Below are positions 44,901 through 56,800 of a stretch of DNA of 64,000 nucleotides, one piece after another. Positions within the stretch are counted from its first letter, which is position 1; each line of letters opens with the position of its first letter. The stretch lies in assembly GCA_964019425.1 (NCBI GenBank), contig OZ025793.1, positions 1,364,001-1,428,000 on the forward strand, in the 5' to 3' direction. The notes under the pieces were generated by a model. That model ran no database searches. It saw nothing but the letters and a program-made list of their open reading frames with translations, and was not told the origin of the DNA. A program made the position numbers and the translations under genes. Source of the stretch: Flectonema sp. DT1601 (Eukaryota).

Positions 44901-45344
44901 GAATCCACGCGAGTATATCCTGTTCCCAACGAAGATGACTTACCGAAAGTTTTGTATTTTATTGAGCGAAGTAATGACACTGAAGGAGGACAGACGGATG
45001 GCGTACTGCAGGCGAACCCTTTGGCGGTAGTCAAGTCTGTTTGTAGTCCTTCTGAGTTTCCTCCGATCTCGTCGATTGTTTCAAAGGCTGTTCAAGATCT
45101 TCTTACTGAAGGAGTTCTGTCTTCGTCAGATCTCTTTGTTGTGACCCTTCCGACATCATCTCTGTTAACAAATCAATTCATTATCGTATCAGGTGATCCT
45201 CTCGCTACTACTTTCCTCAAGCACATGGAGTCACAATCAGTTGACAGTAATAGCTTACCTTTGAAAACATCACTTCATCAGATGCTCTCCTGCAAGACTG
45301 AGTTGCAAACGGAGTTGAGAAAACTCTTCTTGTTGTTGGGCTGA
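41940..45344 (+). CDS. Large protein with PhyH-type Fe(II)/2-oxoglutarate dioxygenase domain and an upstream degenerate cupin/JmjC-like segment
   Basis: QPPHSD, GPLEVWPRTH, VCMDSRLYHRGSTN..RPVFYFTF (HxD...H...R); upstream FVIQVDG..W and LESGDVCYIP; ATG directly after cacag. Confidence 0.7.
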   Translation: MEEWRVPSSGHLTCANDGIVIKVLNGVSESLRVNGNRLSTRDDESIRIKVKKGDKLTSTKECLLAVSTKTAKVKRSLKKKKVVKRVAREELPQTMASTLLGKLLNAVQSKTTATEKTQQGELYEAALDQLADSLFGLDLETVVQSLTGDSSSKIATIFLPEEQKPSYPFHATPHDALSLYRRVPRSVLSLPLPPHVSMQFEQIFNYFSSGAALLSTSQTAPNVSAKLVVVKGDEEGSERGAFKPDFGSKPFSAFVIQVDGLAEWGGSELESGDVCYIPEVCGTLEVTSVHGCASIVVSFCWNTISELVKPVCSQLTEGADCSVSMSEHLSNLYNSWGTFPTQFTSDLLRLSREYNHHRESYLRINQPVGSVRSPLLSGTLHAKMDFINFHRVACETISKLENNADCGINYQNQAAIGTVADFTEYGVAAFEIAHKGSSLTNILSTVISLSEQTPLSETDTIKERHPKGFFPVHYRLNRQDMGLHMDTSPTCAVRMFLANILNGGVGQFLQHHLGSKSRLVELSCLLSHPGAKGQPPHSDSTSRSLDSCSPAHLISVFVPLVDVTEEMGPLEVWPRTHSIVQLLPNSLSLLRSNTIQTGGFREFFSEAEEQQNTDDLPKSPLSNISLTSVCATVPKGHAVCMDSRLYHRGSTNSSDKTRPVFYFTFASEEGELPEGSTYSLLESMEGKVLSDFWTSSNKHTKEKPSEGCEPAEVISLSSEFSSEIRNHLHDGNTRSIIQRLPPCTVRGANQQQERSEDTLHDHLVDVQEILIQEHGQAEMNRLASKSKSKRGNMKKENGILAALEWIKNSTEEIRETAGSQIQNGECYLIHKQLALSPCSEAVALRADICGESVCVTVGDHFVHKICESLMLSEYHSVSATFCIIKPLCSSHNLASECSPQKDVFIIRCTSDGCLSKLADLLPLTQALRLQHPSATAIISNTSDCNDSIFLTISAEKRCSLLPINFMRKREIDPSYLRDNSLKGWKYFESTRVYPVPNEDDLPKVLYFIERSNDTEGGQTDGVLQANPLAVVKSVCSPSEFPPISSIVSKAVQDLLTEGVLSSSDLFVVTLPTSSLLTNQFIIVSGDPLATTFLKHMESQSVDSNSLPLKTSLHQMLSCKTELQTELRKLFLLLG

Positions 45345-45679
45345 AACTATTTTATATTATTATCAAGTTCTGGTTGTCGCTTTCTACATGCAATTCGTGG
45401 AAATAATTTGAACGACTTCCAACAGCTGATAGAACAACTGAAATGTTGCGGAGCTTTGTTTTGCTACTTGACGACGACATTAATATTATATTTCTACAGG
45501 GGAACGACAGCCGGATAAAATGTTTGCGTTTTTTTGATTTTACTTATTCCGAAGCAATTAATTCCTTTTCGAATTGTACTTCGAATCGCTACTCAGACTG
45601 TTAGATTAACTACGAAGTCTTTCTCAGTTAGTTATTGTTGTGATTCTTTATTTTTGCTTACAGCATCTCATTCCTAATC

Positions 45680-47135
45680 ATGGCACACCACGTCGCATTT
45701 TGGGGACTCGGCACAGCTGCTGTCTTTGCATACAACAACCCGAAGGGATTGAACGGTAACTGCGTATGTCTTTTTTTTATTGTAGCTGCAAACGGATTGT
45801 TCGTCGAAGAGAATCGTGGCAGCGTAGCTAAGGACCGGTTCCTTTATTGTGCGGCTGGGTGAGTAAAAATATATTTTATGAAATGAGTCGATTCTTTTTT
45901 ATTTTCTAATACACGTAAGGGCTTCTGAATAATGAGAACAATCTCTTTGTGATCTGAAGTTATACGTGAGTGTTGTTATCACATTGCATGGAAAAAAATC
46001 AAAAAAATCAACAGATTGCCAACTGCATCAACAAGTGCATCAGCGGAATTGAACCAATTACTCAGAAGCCAATGAACCAGGCTTTCGTTTTCGTAAAGCC
46101 GCACGCAAATACTGAAGCTGTCAGAAAACTTGTAAAGGAGAAGTTAGAACAGGCCGGATGTCGTGTTACCAGAGAAGGAGAGATCTCAGGAAAAGAAATC
46201 GATGAACAATCATACATCGATGTTCACTACTACGCTATCGCCTCGAAGGCTGTGTTGTTGCACCCGAGAGAGTTGAACGTTCCTGCTGATAAGTTCAAGC
46301 AACAGTTTGATATCTCTTGGAGTGATGCTCTCTCAAAGGGATGCGTCTACAACGCCAGACAGGCTTGTCAGAAGCTCGGAATTACTGAGGCTGAACTAGA
46401 CAGCAAGTGGGCCACCGCTAAGAAGGATAAGAAGCTCATCAAATTCGGAGGAGGATTCTATTGCGGTCTCATCCCAACTGACACAGAACCAATGTACGTC
46501 TTCAACGGGTTCTTTATGCAGATGCGTTCAAAGTTCACTGATCCAGCTACCTCAATTCACTACTACACAGTTGACTTCAACCCGGAGAAATTGAAGTGGT
46601 CCAGCTTTAGAAATGAAGTCTTGGGAGGAACTGACCCAGAAGACGCGTCAAGCGGATCCCTGAGAAAGTTGATCCTCGAGAACTACCAGGATTTGGGTCT
46701 CGGCTCAAAGCCAAACGTTGGTGACAACGGTGTTCACGCTTCCGCATCACCATACGAGGGACTTGCGGAACGTATGAACTGGTTGAAGATGCCAGCTTCA
46801 TCTGACAGCTTCGGAAAGCTGCTCCTCAGCAAGGGAATGTCCCTCAAGGCCATCAGAGACTGTGGTGTTGACCCTCAGGTATGTCTTTATCCTTTTTTGA
46901 TTTGCAGACTACTGCACGCATTCTATTCCAAGCTGTGAGAGTTATGCAAACAATAGGTAGCAATAACATTTTTAAAACAGGTCAACATTGGCAGCGGAAA
47001 AATGGGATCCTTCTTCGACGCCGTTGAGGACATGGATGTTGATACATGTGCCACCAAGGTATGATATGTTTTTATTTTATTATTTACAAACTATTAGATC
47101 TTAAAATAAGTGGAGAATGGTTCGCAATTGGAAGA

Positions 47136-47190
<55 letters not shown>

Positions 47191-47223
47191 AAAAACCTCC
47201 CACAGTGTGCCTCCCTCGCGTAA
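45680..47223 (+). CDS. Nucleoside-diphosphate-kinase-like protein; predicted exons 45680-45763, 46015-46878, 46981-47058, 47206-47223
   Basis: AFVFVKPHA, FRNEVLGGTDP, GSLR, DNGVHAS (NDK catalytic His position). Three phase-0 gtatg...cag introns keep the frame; the first and last exons are less certain. Confidence 0.7.
47141..47188 (+). repeat. (CT)24 microsatellite inside a predicted intron
   Basis: Perfect dinucleotide run. Confidence 0.95.
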
Positions 47224-47803
47224 GCAGTGCTTGAAGTACGCATGTTGGAAAAGAACGGTTCGACACATCGATTTGGGAAAGTGCTTTTAGTGTTGTTTAC
47301 TTTGTTACTCACTTGAAAACAATTGGGAGCGAAGTGACAAAAATTGGGTGGTTTGGGGACCTCGTAATGGTCAGGGAAAAATTAAAGAAAAAAAAAAAAA
47401 GAAAAATACCAATAGTTGTCACAAAAAAAAAAAAAAAAGAAGGAATAAAAGAAAATCGGGGAACCCTTTTATCGCGTCTTTTAAATTAACTTATTTCTGG
47501 TTTCCCCTTTAATTACTACCTCGCAGAGTTCTTCTTTGAAATAGGGGGGGGAAAGGTTAACAACTAAAGGAGGTTTCTTTTCCAAATTTCACTCTTTTGG
47601 AGTTCTAAGAATCCATAAGAAATATCACTCGAGAGACGATTCGGTGAAACCCTTTTCATATTCTTGTTTATTCTTAACAGTTTACCAAAGTATTTAATAT
47701 TGTCAGCTGTCGTGGGAGGGATGACTTCTTTCTTCTTTTTAAATTAAAAACAATTATTGTTGTTTCCTATTTATGAGATCCTCTTTCGAAGTAGTACACA
47801 AAC

Positions 47804-48256
47804 ATGTCCGCGTCATTATTCTCCCAGCAGTACTCTCAGTACTCTCACGCTAATCAATCTGCTGTGAGCGCAGCTACCTCAGTTGGAGGTCCTCTCCGTA
47901 CACACCGACAGCAGGAGGGTTTCATGCGATCAAATTTGAGCTGTTTTCCTGACACACAACGAGAGAATCTGACGGAGCAGTATTTGGAGGAGCATCGCCG
48001 CCTTTTAAAAGTTAAAGAAGTTGAAGATCTTCCGTACACAATTCAGTTCGAGCAGAGATACCATTGGAAGCAGCAGCTCGCAATTCCCACCACTAAACCC
48101 CCCGTTCGAAACATTCCTCATGAAGCGAAGACACAACTCAGATCAGACTACAGAAATCAGCTCAAGCGCGAGAGAAAGATGGCCAGCCGACTAAACTCAA
48201 AAGATCCAATGGGACCTTATTCAAACAGAATTGGAAGAAAACTTCCCTGGGAATGA
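47804..48256 (+). CDS. Hypothetical protein (150 aa)
   Basis: ATG-initiated ORF on the cluster strand with coding-like composition; no motif recognised. Confidence 0.65.
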   Translation: MSASLFSQQYSQYSHANQSAVSAATSVGGPLRTHRQQEGFMRSNLSCFPDTQRENLTEQYLEEHRRLLKVKEVEDLPYTIQFEQRYHWKQQLAIPTTKPPVRNIPHEAKTQLRSDYRNQLKRERKMASRLNSKDPMGPYSNRIGRKLPWE

Positions 48257-48448
48257 ATCACCGAAGACTACTTCACTGTCAGAACTTTATTATTAAAGTT
48301 GTGTCATGACACTCGTAGTGGATGATAAATGTTAGAAGTTATTTGTTCGTAAATTGTATTTAGAATTGAAAAAGAAGTTGTGTTACTTTCTCTCTTACGT
48401 GTCATCTACCTGTTGTTAATTTCTATTCTTTCAGCAAAAATATCATAA

Positions 48449-49387
48449 ATGGCTGGGGGAGCAGCTTTCGTTCGACCGAAGGCACCATCACAGGTACACT
48501 ACGATGTCCCTTCTGCAGTGTCTCCACTGATAACGCGAGCAGAGGGAAGAATGACTCAGATGACGAAATGGAGAAAGGATTACCGCTATCGACTTAAGGA
48601 TACCGAAAAGAGTGATTTGTCATCAATGATGGGAAGACAACAGATGTACTCAACTCTGATGTATTTCGGCATCGGTTCTGTTTGGTGGTTCTCGGGACTG
48701 AAGAATTCTCCGGAGTTTTACGACAGGTTTGGTGTTAAAGGAAACTTAAAGCAGAATCTTCTCGGACTCCAACCACACAAATTACAGTTTGGAATAACTG
48801 GAAGATTGATGTCATCGTTTGCCGTCACAATTCCTTTTAGTTTGTTATTGGCTCAGGCTCAAGATGATTATTATCAAAGGGCGTTACAGTACAATACAAT
48901 CTTTGGAGGGTTTTGCCGATACCTTGAGCAGCAGGGAGAGATGGTTGCTCACGGCAATGCTGTAATTCCTTATATTCCAGCTGGTTCTTATTTAAAGAAA
49001 GGAGAGAAGAAGCTGAGATCGTCGAGTACTAACTCAGAAACATTGCAGACTCAAACAATGCAGTTGAGCGAGCCAACGAAGGAAGCGATGAGAATTATAT
49101 CTCAGAGAGAATCGGATGTACAGGCAGCTAAGAACAACATTAATTTAAGTAGCAACAACAATGAAGTTGTTGGCAATTCAAGTGACCTGGTTATTAATTT
49201 AAACGAAAGTCCGGCACCTTCGGAAACATCAGCACAACCACCACCACTTGCAGGAGTCATTCATCCGTCTGTAAGAGCACTCGGTGGTGCTCCAAAACAT
49301 TTCGTAATTCAAGATCCTGACATTGGCGCCAGGCCGATTGACGATGCGACAGAAGACTTTATTGCTCACGTGTACGGAAGGCTCTAA
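48449..49387 (+). CDS. Hypothetical membrane protein (312 aa, about 2 hydrophobic segments)
   Basis: ATG 15 nt after the acceptor ttctattctttcag; hydrophobic stretches LMYFGIGSVWWF and FAVTIPFSLLLA. Confidence 0.7.
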   Translation: MAGGAAFVRPKAPSQVHYDVPSAVSPLITRAEGRMTQMTKWRKDYRYRLKDTEKSDLSSMMGRQQMYSTLMYFGIGSVWWFSGLKNSPEFYDRFGVKGNLKQNLLGLQPHKLQFGITGRLMSSFAVTIPFSLLLAQAQDDYYQRALQYNTIFGGFCRYLEQQGEMVAHGNAVIPYIPAGSYLKKGEKKLRSSSTNSETLQTQTMQLSEPTKEAMRIISQRESDVQAAKNNINLSSNNNEVVGNSSDLVINLNESPAPSETSAQPPPLAGVIHPSVRALGGAPKHFVIQDPDIGARPIDDATEDFIAHVYGRL

Positions 49388-49820
49388 TTCAGGTGGCAGT
49401 CTGCTGGTATTCTGCGACCTAATTTATGATCAGAGCAATCTGATGTGAACTTTGCTGACGAATACTGACATCCAGAAACTCGCAGACTCGCGTTGTAGAG
49501 TTACTTGGCGTCCTGTTTGAAGTATTTTATTTCATTGCTAATGCAGTACTGCTGTTGTTTATTTTCCTTTTTATGTTACATGGCCGATGGCTTTTAATTT
49601 GGTCGGAATTGGGATGCTCGTTTAGCTGAGGGACTTACTTACTGTTTTCTGTTTTAAAGATTGACCGAGTGAGTTCTCGTAGTGAGTTTTAATAAACTCC
49701 AACAGGTGTACACAAGATGACAACATTTCCATCGTATCAACGAACTGTATGAGTCGTTGGATTACTTTCTATTAACTGATAGCAGTTTATTATTATTTCA
49801 ACAGAGTTGTTTATTTTCGG

Positions 49821-50580
49821 ATGTCAAATAAATTTGACGATGCCAGACTGAAGACGTTGGTTGAGGTGGCAAAATATCAAAATGGTGCCATCGACTGCCT
49901 CATGAAGGGAGACCTTAGTGGTGCTCATGCTTCTATGAGGGGTGGAAGTAGTATTCTACTAACAGCTGCCAGGGATCAATTATTTAGCATAGAGGATGCA
50001 ATCGGGATGTACGTCAATCATATCTTCAGAGCAGGTTATTTTATGGAAATGAAAAAAGGTTCCAACAAGTATGTCAATCCGTTCACAATATTACGAGACA
50101 CCTGTTGGTGACTTTTATCACATCACAACCCTCATCAGGTTTTTATACAGGACGGATGCCGTCCCACAGCAACTTCTGAACGGCATTCACTTTCAACTTG
50201 ATGGCAACACTTCGGATCGCGGGGGACCTTCAGGTTACGGACGTGAGAACTCCGACCCCAATATTGTGAAGTACGTCCGTCGAGCATTTTCATATATTCA
50301 GAAAGTGTCTCCCACAATTGTTTTCCAGAGTAGGGAAGAGAAATTTGAAAAGAAAGGAAGAATCTATTTACTGAAATCGCTCTCTGTCGTAGACGACCCG
50401 GTGGTTGGCCCCGTGTTGTCAGTCCCGACTGGGGTAGAACCTGTGAAGGAAATCAGTTTTTCGATTCCTCGAAAGCTTTCGGCTGACTTACTAATTAAGA
50501 ATTACGAAGAGATGGCGAAACAAACTACTGAAATAAATTTCATGAAAATTGTGGAGGAGTCGATACTTGACGTCAGGTAG
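49821..50580 (+). CDS. Hypothetical protein (~205 aa); predicted exons 49821-50008 and 50151-50580
   Basis: Phase-2 intron gtacgt...ttatacag joins two overlapping ORFs (…DAIGM|TDAVPQ…). Confidence 0.6.
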
Positions 50581-50836
50581 TTCTTTGTTTATCTCAACAC
50601 AAGAAAGTATAGTTAGTCGAACACTGCAAAAGAGTCTCTCGCAACCCTAGCCTTAGAGTCACGGAGTATTCATGATGACTTTAGCCTTAACAATAATAAC
50701 TCAATTACTTCTTACAGATACCAAATACAATTCTTCTTTAAAGTGATGCAAGCTATCTAACACGGAGGTGTTCAGACCTGCAATAGGTGTTTTAATTATT
50801 GTTCTCCCCTCAGTAGTGAACCTACCCCCTGGGGGG

Positions 50837-53800
50837 ATGGCATCCCTGAGAACATTGTTCGTCGGGTTGGTTGTCCTCCAATTAACCAGCTTAACAAAAG
50901 CGATAAATTGCGAACTACTAACGCAAGACTGGCATGAGGTGCCGGGAAAATGCACCGGAATTGGCGTCACTTCGGACGGACCGATGGTTTGTGGGCCGTT
51001 TGGTCTGTGGCCGAATATTCCATTTTGTTTGGGATTCACGAGCAACGGGGCCTTCAAAAACCTTGCGTGTGCTAAGAAGCTCTGCGAGCAGGAGCACAGG
51101 TGTGGTGGTCTCTTATGGAAAGGAAGTGAAGGGAAGATGTATCCAATGGGTTGGAATCTGGGACCCCCTGCAGGATGTGGCGAAGGCACTCGCACTGCAG
51201 AAGATAATTGCGAAGGTCCACAGTGTGTCTGGGACACGGTGAATAGCGTTTGCAGTTATTCAACAAGCTACTACGATGATCCCTGTTTGACTGACTGCTC
51301 ATGTCATCTAATGCTTCAGACTCCTGAAACTTTCGGAAGCTGCAATGCGGGATCGCTACTTCTTGGTGGACATTGTGTCTGTGACCCAGATACTACATTC
51401 TGCGGTGATACCGGTGAGTGTATGCAACTCAGTGATTCACAAGTAGGAAGAAAGTATTCTGTTCTACAATCGGCGGGAGTAAGAAATAATCCGATAAAAG
51501 TTCGGCCTGTGCTGCGACTTGGCAATCGTAAGGCGATGTTGCACCCTATAAATTTTGCAGCTCGTCGCATTTCAATTAGAAATGAATTAAGTCCTCAAGT
51601 GAACTCTTCCAACTCCACATCACACACTAGTGCACTGACTAGTAAACTTCGAGTTTCTGTTGTCAAAGTGGCTCCACAGGGAGACCCGAAACAGCGCGAA
51701 GAACGCAGAAATGCCACTGTAGCTGCGAAGTTGAAGCGCGCCCTCCAGGTTACAATCCTTCAGGATGCAGTCCTCCCGGATGCAGTGCGAGAACCTTACA
51801 GCGTGGCAGCCGAGGGTTCCAAATTCAGTAACACGTCAAAGGAAATGAATCAAAAACTCAGTCAGGCTGAGGGCATTAGTGACTTACCAAAGGAACAGCT
51901 CAAAGAGCAAACAGCAGAAGATCCCTCAGCCTCCCGTGATGTTGGAGCCTTATCGAGGCTCATTGCGGAGCTGATTCACGAAAACGAGTTTGAAGTTCGC
52001 GACATTGACGAGCTAGCTCTTGCTCCCGCTGATGCGCCGTCTGAGGACGCTCCTCCGATAGCTGTTGTGAGCATCACCCGAACACCCATGGACGCTCCCC
52101 AAGAGGTACCGGAAGACGCTCCTGAAGAAGCACCAAAAGACGCCCCCGAAGAAGCACCGGTGGACCCTCCTGAAGATGCACCTGAAGATCCTCCTGAGGA
52201 AGCACCTGAAGACCCTCCTGAAGATGCACCTGAAGATCCTCCTGAGGAAGCACCAGAAGACGCCCCCGAGGAAGCACCGGAGGACCCTCCTGAAGAAGCA
52301 CCAGAAGATGCCCCCGAAGAAGCACCGGAAGACCCTCCTGCAGAAGCACCGGAAGACGCTCCCGAAGAAGCACCAGAAGACCCTCCTGAGGAGGCACCAG
52401 AAGATGCCCCCGAAGAAGCGCCGGAGGACCCTCCTGAAGAAGCACCGGAAGACGCTCCCGAAGAAGCACCAGAAGACGCCCCCGAAGAAGCGCCGGAGGA
52501 CCCTCCTGAGGAAGCACCAGAAGACGTTCCCGAGGAAGCACCGGAGGACCCTCCTGAGGAAGCACCGGAAGACGTTCCCGAGGAAGCACCGGAGGACGCC
52601 CCTGAAGAGGCTGCTCCCGAAGAAGCACCAGAGGACGCCCCTGAAGAGGCTGCTCCCGAAGAAGCACCAGAGGACGCCCCTGAAGAGGCTGCTCCCGAAG
52701 AAGCACCGGAGGACCCTCCCGAGGAAGCACCGGAAGACGTTCCCGAGGAAGCACCGGAGGACGCCCCTGAAGAGGCTGCTCCCGAAGAAGCACCGGAGGA
52801 CGCCCCTGAAGAGGCTGCTCCCGAAGAAGCACCGGAGGACGCCCCTGAGGAAGTTGCTCCCGGAGAAGCACCGGAGGACGCCCCTGAGGATGAGCCTCCG
52901 AGTGATGCTCCTGATAACGGAATTCCTGAGGATGCTCCAAACGATTCTCCGAATGAATCCCCTTACGATGGAGCTGATGATTGTAGTGGGGATCCTTGTG
53001 ATTCAAATCAATTCTGTGAGGACACTGATGGTGAACTGAATTCTGAATTCACTTGCATTTGCTCCTGGCCACTCTACGGGGAGAGTACTGGTAGTGCGGC
53101 ATACTGTCGAGACGTGTGCCCTTCTTCTTTACCCTTTGCGGTCGACATCTCTGATGCGACCCTGGGAGCGACAATAACTTGTTGTAATACAACGGACTGC
53201 ACAGAGGCTGGTGCTTTCACAGGAAATGATTATATTGATTACGTTTGTTTTGATGATCCGTCTCCTTCTGGATGTTCATCTGATCCTTCCTGCGGCTACT
53301 ACCCAGAGGAGTGTCCAATAATGTGTGGTTCTTGTGGTGATGACTGTGATTGGAACCCATGTTATGATCACAGTTGTATTGATGATGATGGTGAAGTGAA
53401 TTCAAGGTTTACCTGTCACTGTAAGAGTCCTTTTTGGGGTGATGTCTACGTTGATACGGTGGCTCAATGTCGTCTAATGTGTCCAGCTACTGAACCTTTT
53501 GCCGAATCGCTGGACGGGACGACAACAACCTGCTGCGCAACTGAAGGCTGTACAACGGCAGGTACCCTTGAAGGATCTTACTATTCTTACGACTGTCGTG
53601 ATAATACTTATCCTTCATATTGTACTGCTTCCAATGCTTGCATCGACTACCCTGATGACTGCCGAGTACAGTGCGATCTGTGTTTAGATGACTGCGAGCG
53701 TGATCCCTGCAATGGATTCACCTGTACTGATGCTGATGGTAATCTGGATTCAGTTTTCAAATGTTATTGTGAATATCCTTATTGGGGTAATGTGGGTGAG

Positions 53801-56800
53801 AGTGCTGCAGCAGATTGCACCCTCATGTGTCCTGGTGCAACTCCATTCGCTATTGATATTGGAGGGTCGATAACCTGCTGTGCGACACAAGACTGTACTG
53901 TGGAAGGTTCTCTTGTTGGAAACTACATCGAATATGAATGCATTGATAACAACTTCCCTGATACTTGCACTGCGACAAATGCTTGTACCGACTACCCGGA
54001 GAGATGTCCTCTAACGTGTGGCATCTGCTCTACGGATTGCGAGCGTGATCCCTGCAATGGATTCACCTGTACTGATGCTGATGGTAATCTGGATTCAGTT
54101 TTCAAATGTTATTGTGAATATCCTTATTGGGGTAATGTGGGTGAGAGTGCTGCAGCAGATTGCACCCTCATGTGTCCTGGTGCAACTCCATTCGCTATTA
54201 ATATTGGAGGGTCGATAACCTGCTGTGCGACACAAGACTGTACTGTGGAAGGTTCTCTTGTTGGAAACTACATCGAATATGAATGCATTGATAACAACTT
54301 CCCTGATACTTGCACTGCGACAAATGCTTGTACCGACTACCCGGAGAAATGTCCTCTAACGTGTGACATCTGCTCTACGGATTGTGAGCGTGATCCCTGC
54401 AATGGATCCACCTGTACTGATGCTGATGGTAATCTGGATTCAGTTTTCAAATGTTATTGTGAATATCCTTATTGGGGTAATGTGGGTGAGAGTGCTGCAG
54501 CAGATTGCACCCTCATGTGTCCTGGTGCAACTCCATTCGCTATTAATATTGGAGGGTCGATAACCTGCTGTGCGACACAAGACTGTACTGTGGAAGGTTC
54601 TCTTGTTGGAAACTACATCGAATATGAATGCATTGATAACAACTTCCCTGATATTTGCACTGCGACAAATGCTTGTACCGACTACCCGGAGAAATGTCCT
54701 CTAACGTGTGACAAGTGCTCTACGGATTGCGATCGCGATCCCTGCGACGGTCATGATTGCGTTGATGATGATGGGAATTTAAATTCAATATTTAAATGTT
54801 ATTGTTCTTATCCTCTGAGGGGTTCATCTGACAATGAAATCCCTGTTTGTAATGAGATGTGTCCAAGTACTCAGCCTTTTGCAGTTGATGTTGGAGGAAT
54901 TATCAGCTGCTGTACCGAATCTAATTGCGTAACAGTTGGAACACTAACTGGGTCGTATATTAGTTATGAATGTTTAGATAATATTCTTCCAGACAGATGC
55001 ACAGCAACCATTGCATGCACTGACTATCCTGATGAATGTCCCGACACTTGCAGTAGGTGCGCCACTGACTGTGATAGATCTCCCTGTGGAGACGACAGAT
55101 GTGAAGATTATGATGAAATTCTCAATTCAAATTATGATTGTTATTGTTTGCATCCGAAGTGGGGCGAGGCACACAATGCAATAGCGACTTGCAAGGACAT
55201 GTGCCCGAGTACTTCACCGTTCGCTGTTAATGTCGGCGGGTTAATCACCTGCTGTACTAAACAAGACTGTACAGAATTGAGTGACTTGAGTGGAGAGTAC
55301 ATCAGCTATGAATGTTTGGATGATATTAAACCTGACTACTGCACTACTACCACGGCCTGCAGCGACTTCAAAGACTCCTGTCCTGCTACCTGCGATATCT
55401 GTGCAGATGACTGCGATCGAAGTCCCTGCGGCGAACACCGATGTGAAGATTTGGATGGTGAACTTAATTCTAATTATAATTGTTACTGCAATTATCCTCT
55501 TTGGGGAACTTCTGAAAATTCAGATCTCGTTTGTAATTCGATGTGCCCTTCCACAGAACCATTTGCAGTTGATATTGTCGGAACGATAACTTGTTGTAGC
55601 ACTGAAGACTGTACAGTACATGGAACGCATTCCGGTCTATACATTAGTTACGAATGTTCTGATAATATTTACCCCGGCAAGTGTTCTGATGTCAACGCGT
55701 GTACTGACTACCCCGATGAGTGTCCTCTGACGTGCGATAAGTGTGCTGATGATTGTGACAGAAGTCCCTGCGATAGCAATCGCTGTGTAGATGACGACGG
55801 TTCTCTGGACATGAATTTTATTTGTCACTGCTTGTGGCCAACTTGGGGGTCACATCAAGGTGGAAATGTAAATATTTGTTATGAAATGTGTCCGGCTGAG
55901 GAACCGTACGCTATTCAGATAGACCCTGAGACAATTGCCTGCTGTCAGTTTACTGACTGCACTACTGGTACGATAAGAGGGAATTATATAACTTACGAAT
56001 GTCTGGATGATGTGGAACCAGACATCTGTTCCTCGTCAACTGCATGTGATGATAATGAAATTAATTGTCCTTTTACTTGTGGAGGTTGTTTTGATGACTG
56101 CGACTCAAATCCTTGCAGTCATGACGGCTCTCAGGAGTGTATAGACGACGGTCTATTTGACGGAGTATTTATTTGCCATTGTTCGTATCCATACTTTGGA
56201 GAGTCCGTTGATAATCAAGCAGCAGTTTGTCATGAAATGTGTCCTTCGTCAACACCCTACGCGTTTCAATTATCTGACGGTGGGACCACTTGTTGTAATC
56301 GACAAGATTGCCTCCCTGGTGTTGAAGATTCAGATATTAAAACTTATAATAGTATATTAATGGACTTTGAATGTATTGATCATCAGTATGAGTGTTTGTT
56401 TGCTGCTCAGTCAGATACGTCAGCATATTGTGGGGACACTGAAAACTATGCGAAGTGTTCTTTTAGTTGTGAATGTCCTGACGACTGCGAGTTATATCCT
56501 TGCGGGTTTGAACAGCAATGCACCGACAACGATGGAATATTTAACGGAGCGTACACGTGTTCGTGTGTTTATCCACAGTTTGGAGAAGATGGTTCTTCAC
56601 AATTGGGTGACTGTAACTATCTGTGTCCGGGAACGTATCCACTCGTAGAACAATTAGGTGACGAGACTCGATGTTGTAAACAACACCAACCTGATCCTAA
56701 TAATGACTGCGTTACTCAAGATGAACTCAACTACCAGGATTATCTTTGTATTGATGACCCGGCATTCGATTGTCAAAATGTTGATTGTACGATCGACGGC

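Noticed and set aside
52074..53039. 310-aa antisense and 287-aa alternative-frame ORFs
   Set aside because: Shadows of the stop-free PEEA/PEDP coding minisatellite.
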